A stretch of 64,000 bases of DNA. Source: Neoechinorhynchus agilis. Lineage: Eukaryota; Animalia; Acanthocephala. The translations under genes and the position numbers were made by a program. Under the pieces are notes generated by a model, which searched no databases, had not been told where the DNA came from, and worked only from the letters and a program-made list of their open reading frames with translations. Location: assembly GCA_051530055.1 (NCBI GenBank), contig CM121341.1, forward strand, positions 2,966,151-3,030,150. The letters run 5' to 3'. Shown here piece after piece: positions 59,590 to 64,000 of the stretch (its first letter is position 1; each line of letters opens with the position of its first letter).

Positions 59590-60960
59590 TATTAAATATC
59601 GAAGACGCCGCCAAAGTCAAGGAGCTAATGGATGGGTGACTCGAGAGCAACTAAGCCTCCTGGGTAGTTGCGTCTTCGATTCAAATGTGGAAGATGAGAT
59701 CGGCCATATCATACCGAAACTTTCGTTGCTGTGCGATAGGGTGAGCGCTTTCTCGGCTCACGGAGCCTTGTTTCTCATAAAGAACGCGCTCTTCATCCCC
59801 AAATTATTGTACAAGGTTCGCACAGCAACATTTTTCAAACATAAGGAAGGATTGGCTAAGCTCGACGGCAAGGTGAGGGCTTCTCTCCAGCGTATTTTAA
59901 ATGTCTAGCTCTCAGATGAGGCGTGGCGACAAGCTTCATTGCCTGTGTCATCTGGGCGATTCGGCATTCGGACGCTAGTAGACCTTGCCTTGCCAGCCTT
60001 TCTTGGATCGTATGAGTGGAGTTAACCGATAACGAAGAAAATTCTGAGGGGAAGTTTTGTTTTGGCCGAGACTTTGTGGTGGCAGTTGAAGAATGGTGCC
60101 AGCATGCAGGCGCTAACCATGTTCCCGTGAATAGCCTCAGACAGTCTACCTATCGTCGCGAGAGCTCATAGCTCTCTACTTTCAGGTTTTCGCGATGGGG
60201 TCGTCCTAGCAAGATTGTTGGCAGTTTCGACACGAGAATCGGGGACGTGGTTGGAGGCCGTTCCTCTGGCATCTGTGGGAACTCTTCTCACTGATGAAGT
60301 AACGAGGATCGCAGTGTTCTTAAGACTTGGTCTCCCGATATGCATGCCCCATCGATGTCGATGTTGGTCTTTGGTTGAGCTTTCGGGCGACACGGCCTCG
60401 TTTGTCGAAAGTCATTAGGAAGGTTCTCACGCCATTCTGAGATCAACAGCGTAATTTCTCGGACGTTGAGAACGGCGAACTTCCCCAACATCTTGGAAGC
60501 CTCCCATCTTTGTCGACTAGACGGTCGTCAACCTGACGGAATTTCAATCTTTCCGTGGCGGGGACGTGTGTGGACACCCTCGCAGCGAGCAACATTCCCT
60601 ATTCTCTCGAAATCGGTCGAGGTGCCGCCAGTGCAGCGGAAGGGAGGAAGGTACGAAAATATAGAGAATTAGCAAGGGCTCACTATTTTGTCCCCTTTGG
60701 GGATACAGACGTTTGGAGCACTTGGCAGCTCGGAATTCACTCTGCTTCAGGATCTCGCGAAGAAATTGAAAGAAACGACCGGCGACGAACGAGCAGGTGT
60801 ATTCCTGCGACAAAATATATCGCTCGCAGTACAACGAGGCAATGCTGTCGACCTGACGGAATTTCGGTCTTTCCGTGGGGGGGGAGGGCAAGTGCCTTCT
60901 CTGGGATGCTCAGGAATCTTATCATTAACTTTGGAACTGATACTAATCCTTTGTAATAAT
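59590..60960 (+). mobile_element. CRE-like element, 3' half (RT thumb, knuckle, REL)
   Basis: GALFLIKNALFIPKLLYKVRT, WLEAVP, RIAVFLRLG, CMPHRCRC, RQPDGISIFPW, CVDTLA, QNISLAVQRGNA; frameshifted. Confidence 0.85.
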
Positions 60961-61032
60961 TTTTAACGAAAATCTGTTTTATCTATTGATGATTGTTTGA
61001 TTGACAATCCGACTGAAAGAGATTTTATTGAA

Positions 61033-61071
61033 ACACCTAGCTTTCGCCGTCCAACGGCTTCTTCAGGGTGT
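61033..61071 (-). ncRNA. Intact minimal type I hammerhead ribozyme at the 3' end of the Penelope-like element
   Basis: acacc CTGAAGA a gccgt tgg acggc GAAA gc TA ggtgt: 5-bp stem I, 5-bp stem II, palindromic AGCU stem III; predicted cut between 61038 and 61037; AATAAA follows. Confidence 0.92.
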
Positions 61072-61098
61072 AATCTACAATGCGAGTGAAGTGGAAGT

Positions 61099-62988
61099 TC
61101 ACATGAGATTCATGACGGCAGACAACTCATCCTTCTGGTTAATGAGTGTCCTACCGACCGACCGATGCCCGCTAGAGTCCTCACGATCCCGGGTCTCTCG
61201 GGATATGATCAGCGCTTCCGCTATCGACAGTTCGACGGGATCCTGCGCTTTGTACATTATGCGCGTGGACAGCTGAACTGTTCCATCCGGGTGGACTCGC
61301 GAATAATGTTTCGCCCACGGTGTCGTCACATACGATTGCGCACTTGGGTTCAACGAGTTTCGTACATGCTCGGCCACTCTTTGGCGAAGTGGCCTTTCTG
61401 TTTTTCCCACGTACGTGACCAAGTGGCCACGGTCAATCCGACACCGTTCACACCGGATCTCGTAGACCACACTGCTCTGATCGCACATCTTCCAGTCACG
61501 ATCAATGGCTTGCTGACGCTCCTCGTCCATCCTCGCACCTGCTGCGTATCTGCACATTAGGCACGACCGAGGGCATTCCTGATGATCCTCATGATGCCTC
61601 GTTCTCGTCAGCATCCTCCGCAGCGTTCTACACCCTCTGTGCACAATACGCACATTCAACCCTGCTTGCCTGAGCAGTACTTTAACTCTCTTCGTGAACA
61701 TTTCACTCACGTACGGAATTCGTAGGATCGGCCTATCGTCCTTTCGTTCCCTCATGGGTCCAGCGTCTCGTCTAATTCTATTTTCCACTTCTCGCTGGAA
61801 TCCTTCGATCTCCTCTGTCGAATATCCGTTGTCCGCGAAGATCTTGTTTACTGCTTCCACCGCTCCACGCTTCGCGTCCCACGACGATGAGCAGGTGGTT
61901 GCCGATTTATGCATACCAGCGTATATCGCCGCTTTCATCGCCCAAGGATGGTGAGAATCTCGGTGCATCACAATCGACTTCCTGCATGGCTTTCGATACC
62001 AATTGAAGTTGGACACATCGTCGGATTTGAAGCGGAGATTGAGGAATGGCAGGTAGTCCGAAGGTTGGTCTCTTGTAACTTGAATCCTCCTATTCGAGTC
62101 CATTGAATTTAATAGTGACTCAATGGTATCGACCTCATCATCCTCGGTGAAGGTCAGCAACACATCGTCCACATAGCGGAGGTAAACTTGACTCGACGCT
62201 AAATGTGGATAGATGTGCAGTCTTTCCAGGTCATCGAGGTAGAGGATGGCCAATACCGGAGCCAAACTATTTCCCATTGCGAGACCACGAACTTGCTTAT
62301 ATAGCTGGTTTCGATAACGAAAAAGGTTGCACTTCAATACCAATCGTGTCAGACCAATAACATCGTCTGGTAGTAGACCAAAGAGGTCAAGATCTTCATT
62401 CTCCTTCAACCTTTTCTCCAGCGCACGTACTGCTCCCTCGTTGTCCACATTGGTGTACAATGCCACGAAATCAAAAGACATTACGCGACTGTTGGTCAAT
62501 TCATTCTGTCGCGATCGCAACGTTGATAACAGCTCATCAGTATTACTCACAAATGCCCGTGTCCTCCGTAGCAATGGACCGATAGCCGAAGCCAGGAAAC
62601 GAGAAACACGGTACGCTGGTCCATTAACCGCAGATATGATTGGTCTGCATTTCAGCAATGAGGCTGCTTGCGGTGTAACCGGACCAATAGGCATCTTGTG
62701 TGTCTTGACCAATCCGTACATCACCGGCGTACGTAATGGACCGTGTGTGAAACTGCTCACCCCTTTCAACTCTCTAGCCGAAATCACTTTTCGAAGAGCA
62801 GCATTCAACTCCTTGCGCTGTTGCTCACATTCGTCTTTTGTCGCCATTGTATATGTATCAGTGTGACCCAATAACGTCCCCATCATCGCACTTTCCACGC
62901 TGCTTTCCATCGCCACGAGATCACCTGCATTATCGCTCACCGTTATCCTCATCTCCTTCTTTTGCACTTTCTCTTTCAGAGACCTCAA
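61099..62988 (-). mobile_element. Penelope-like element ORF (RT + GIY-YIG), 629 aa open, possibly 5'-truncated
   Basis: YGLVKTHK, CRPIIS, SFDFVALYTNV, GLAMGNSLAPVLA, YLRYVDD, YLPFL, WYRKP; VVYEIRCERC..YVGKTERPLRQRVAEH..EALII. Confidence 0.95.
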
Positions 62989-63659
62989 GCTCTCGGTACT
63001 GCGAATACATTCCTTTCGAAATCAAAGTCGGCTCGCCCGCCCGATTTATAACTTTCTATATGAACCAAAATATTCCCATGATAAGAGAGTTTCCCTTTTT
63101 TAAAATCTCACGCAGATTATCTGAAACAGACCCTCGCGTTTGTTTTTGTACAAAGCTAAATCTAAGGCCTAATAATAGGCAATATTGAACGAAACACGCA
63201 ATCAACAGTTGAAAGGGATACTATTAGGGGATTTTAGGAGAGATTTATTCCGACCATCTCTACTGTTCAACTAAATGGGCGAACGTAATTTTAAATGTGC
63301 TTAATCTAAGAGTTGATAAATAATGTACACTGATTTTTAATTACATGCAATCTTGTGGTAAAATCGGCATACTCGAATTTTCTATGGATTCACGACTTGT
63401 TTGTCATAAGTAATAAAGCATTGAAATAACATTTCTGGCTAAGAATGCAAAAATTGAATGGTAAACGTGATCCGAAGTTTATATAGACAAACACCCTGCA
63501 AAAACAAAAGGTAAAAACAATTTGTTTTATGACGGGCAAATCGTAAAATGAATGTTTTTAAGCATTTTTTGACAATTTTCTCCATTAATAATATCATGCC
63601 TTGATAAACTGAAATGAGTTCGTAGGTTCAAAAAATCAGGTGCAAAAATTTGAGCGTTT

Positions 63660-63731
63660 CTCGGTGTCGGGGAATCGAACCCCGGTCTCCCGCGTGACAG
63701 GCGGGGATACTCACCACTATACTAACACCGA
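63660..63731 (-). tRNA. tRNA-Asp(GTC)
   Basis: TCGGTGT TAGTATAGTGGTGAGTAT C CCCGC CT-GTC-AC GCGGG AGAC CGGGG TTCGATT CCCCG ACACCGA G. Confidence 0.97.
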
Positions 63732-63797
63732 CGGTTTCATATTAATATAAATTGTATAAGAAAATGTCAATTAATGATTTTTGAATCTTAACAAAGT

Positions 63798-63890
63798 CAA
63801 TCTCGCTAGCAGTACAACGGGGCAATGCTGCCAGCGTGATGGCGACGGTCGAAGAAGGAGAGAAGCTGGAATTCGGCGGGAGGTGGTGAG
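63798..63890 (+). mobile_element. CRE-like element 3' tip
   Basis: ISLAVQRGNAASVMATV...*. Confidence 0.7.
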
Positions 63891-64000
63891 TGTGTTAATT
63901 GTCGAGAGATGAAGATTGATTGAATACATTTATTTGATCTTAAAAAAAGAAATATTATTGCTCAATTTTTAATCAAAATTGCAAGAAATGCATTTTAAAA

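Noticed and set aside
1-64000. rRNA, snRNA, spliced-leader RNA genes, telomeric repeats, LTR or DNA-transposase ORFs
   Set aside because: None recognised by eye; an Infernal/Rfam and Dfam scan would be needed to exclude divergent ones

Overview
AT-rich eukaryotic (invertebrate animal-like) genomic DNA with compact genes and very short introns (~50-65 nt); the taxon cannot be fixed from sequence alone. Host genes: intronless Piwi, intronless TFIIB, a Shugoshin-like gene (its SGO motif lies in a small exon missed by the ORF track), a GGQ-domain peptidyl-tRNA hydrolase, DNAJC21, three half-calmodulin EF-hand genes, a C3HC4 RING gene, a Pmp3/UPF0057 gene, an 867-aa protein with seven C-x2-C-x16-C-x2-C fingers, a divergent PCH2/TRIP13-like ATPase, tRNA-Arg(ACG) and tRNA-Asp(GTC). 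These are interleaved with at least eight tandem arrays (25-256 bp units), several directly upstream of genes. There are also remnants of REL-type (CRE-like) non-LTR elements, Penelope-like elements carrying minimal hammerhead ribozymes, an RTE fragment and a foldback element. Most interesting: (1) beside Piwi, a 9-17.7 kb tract in which every orientable retroelement, gene and candidate viral fragment lies on the + strand, i.e. a candidate unistrand piRNA cluster; (2) within it, two candidate endogenous viral elements, one capsid-like and fused to a retrotransposon RT, one with a by-eye resemblance to orthomyxovirus PA; (3) a 117-bp satellite made from the RING gene's own start codon; (4) an inverted pair of hammerhead ribozymes. 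All protein family calls are by-eye motif recognition; no database search was run.
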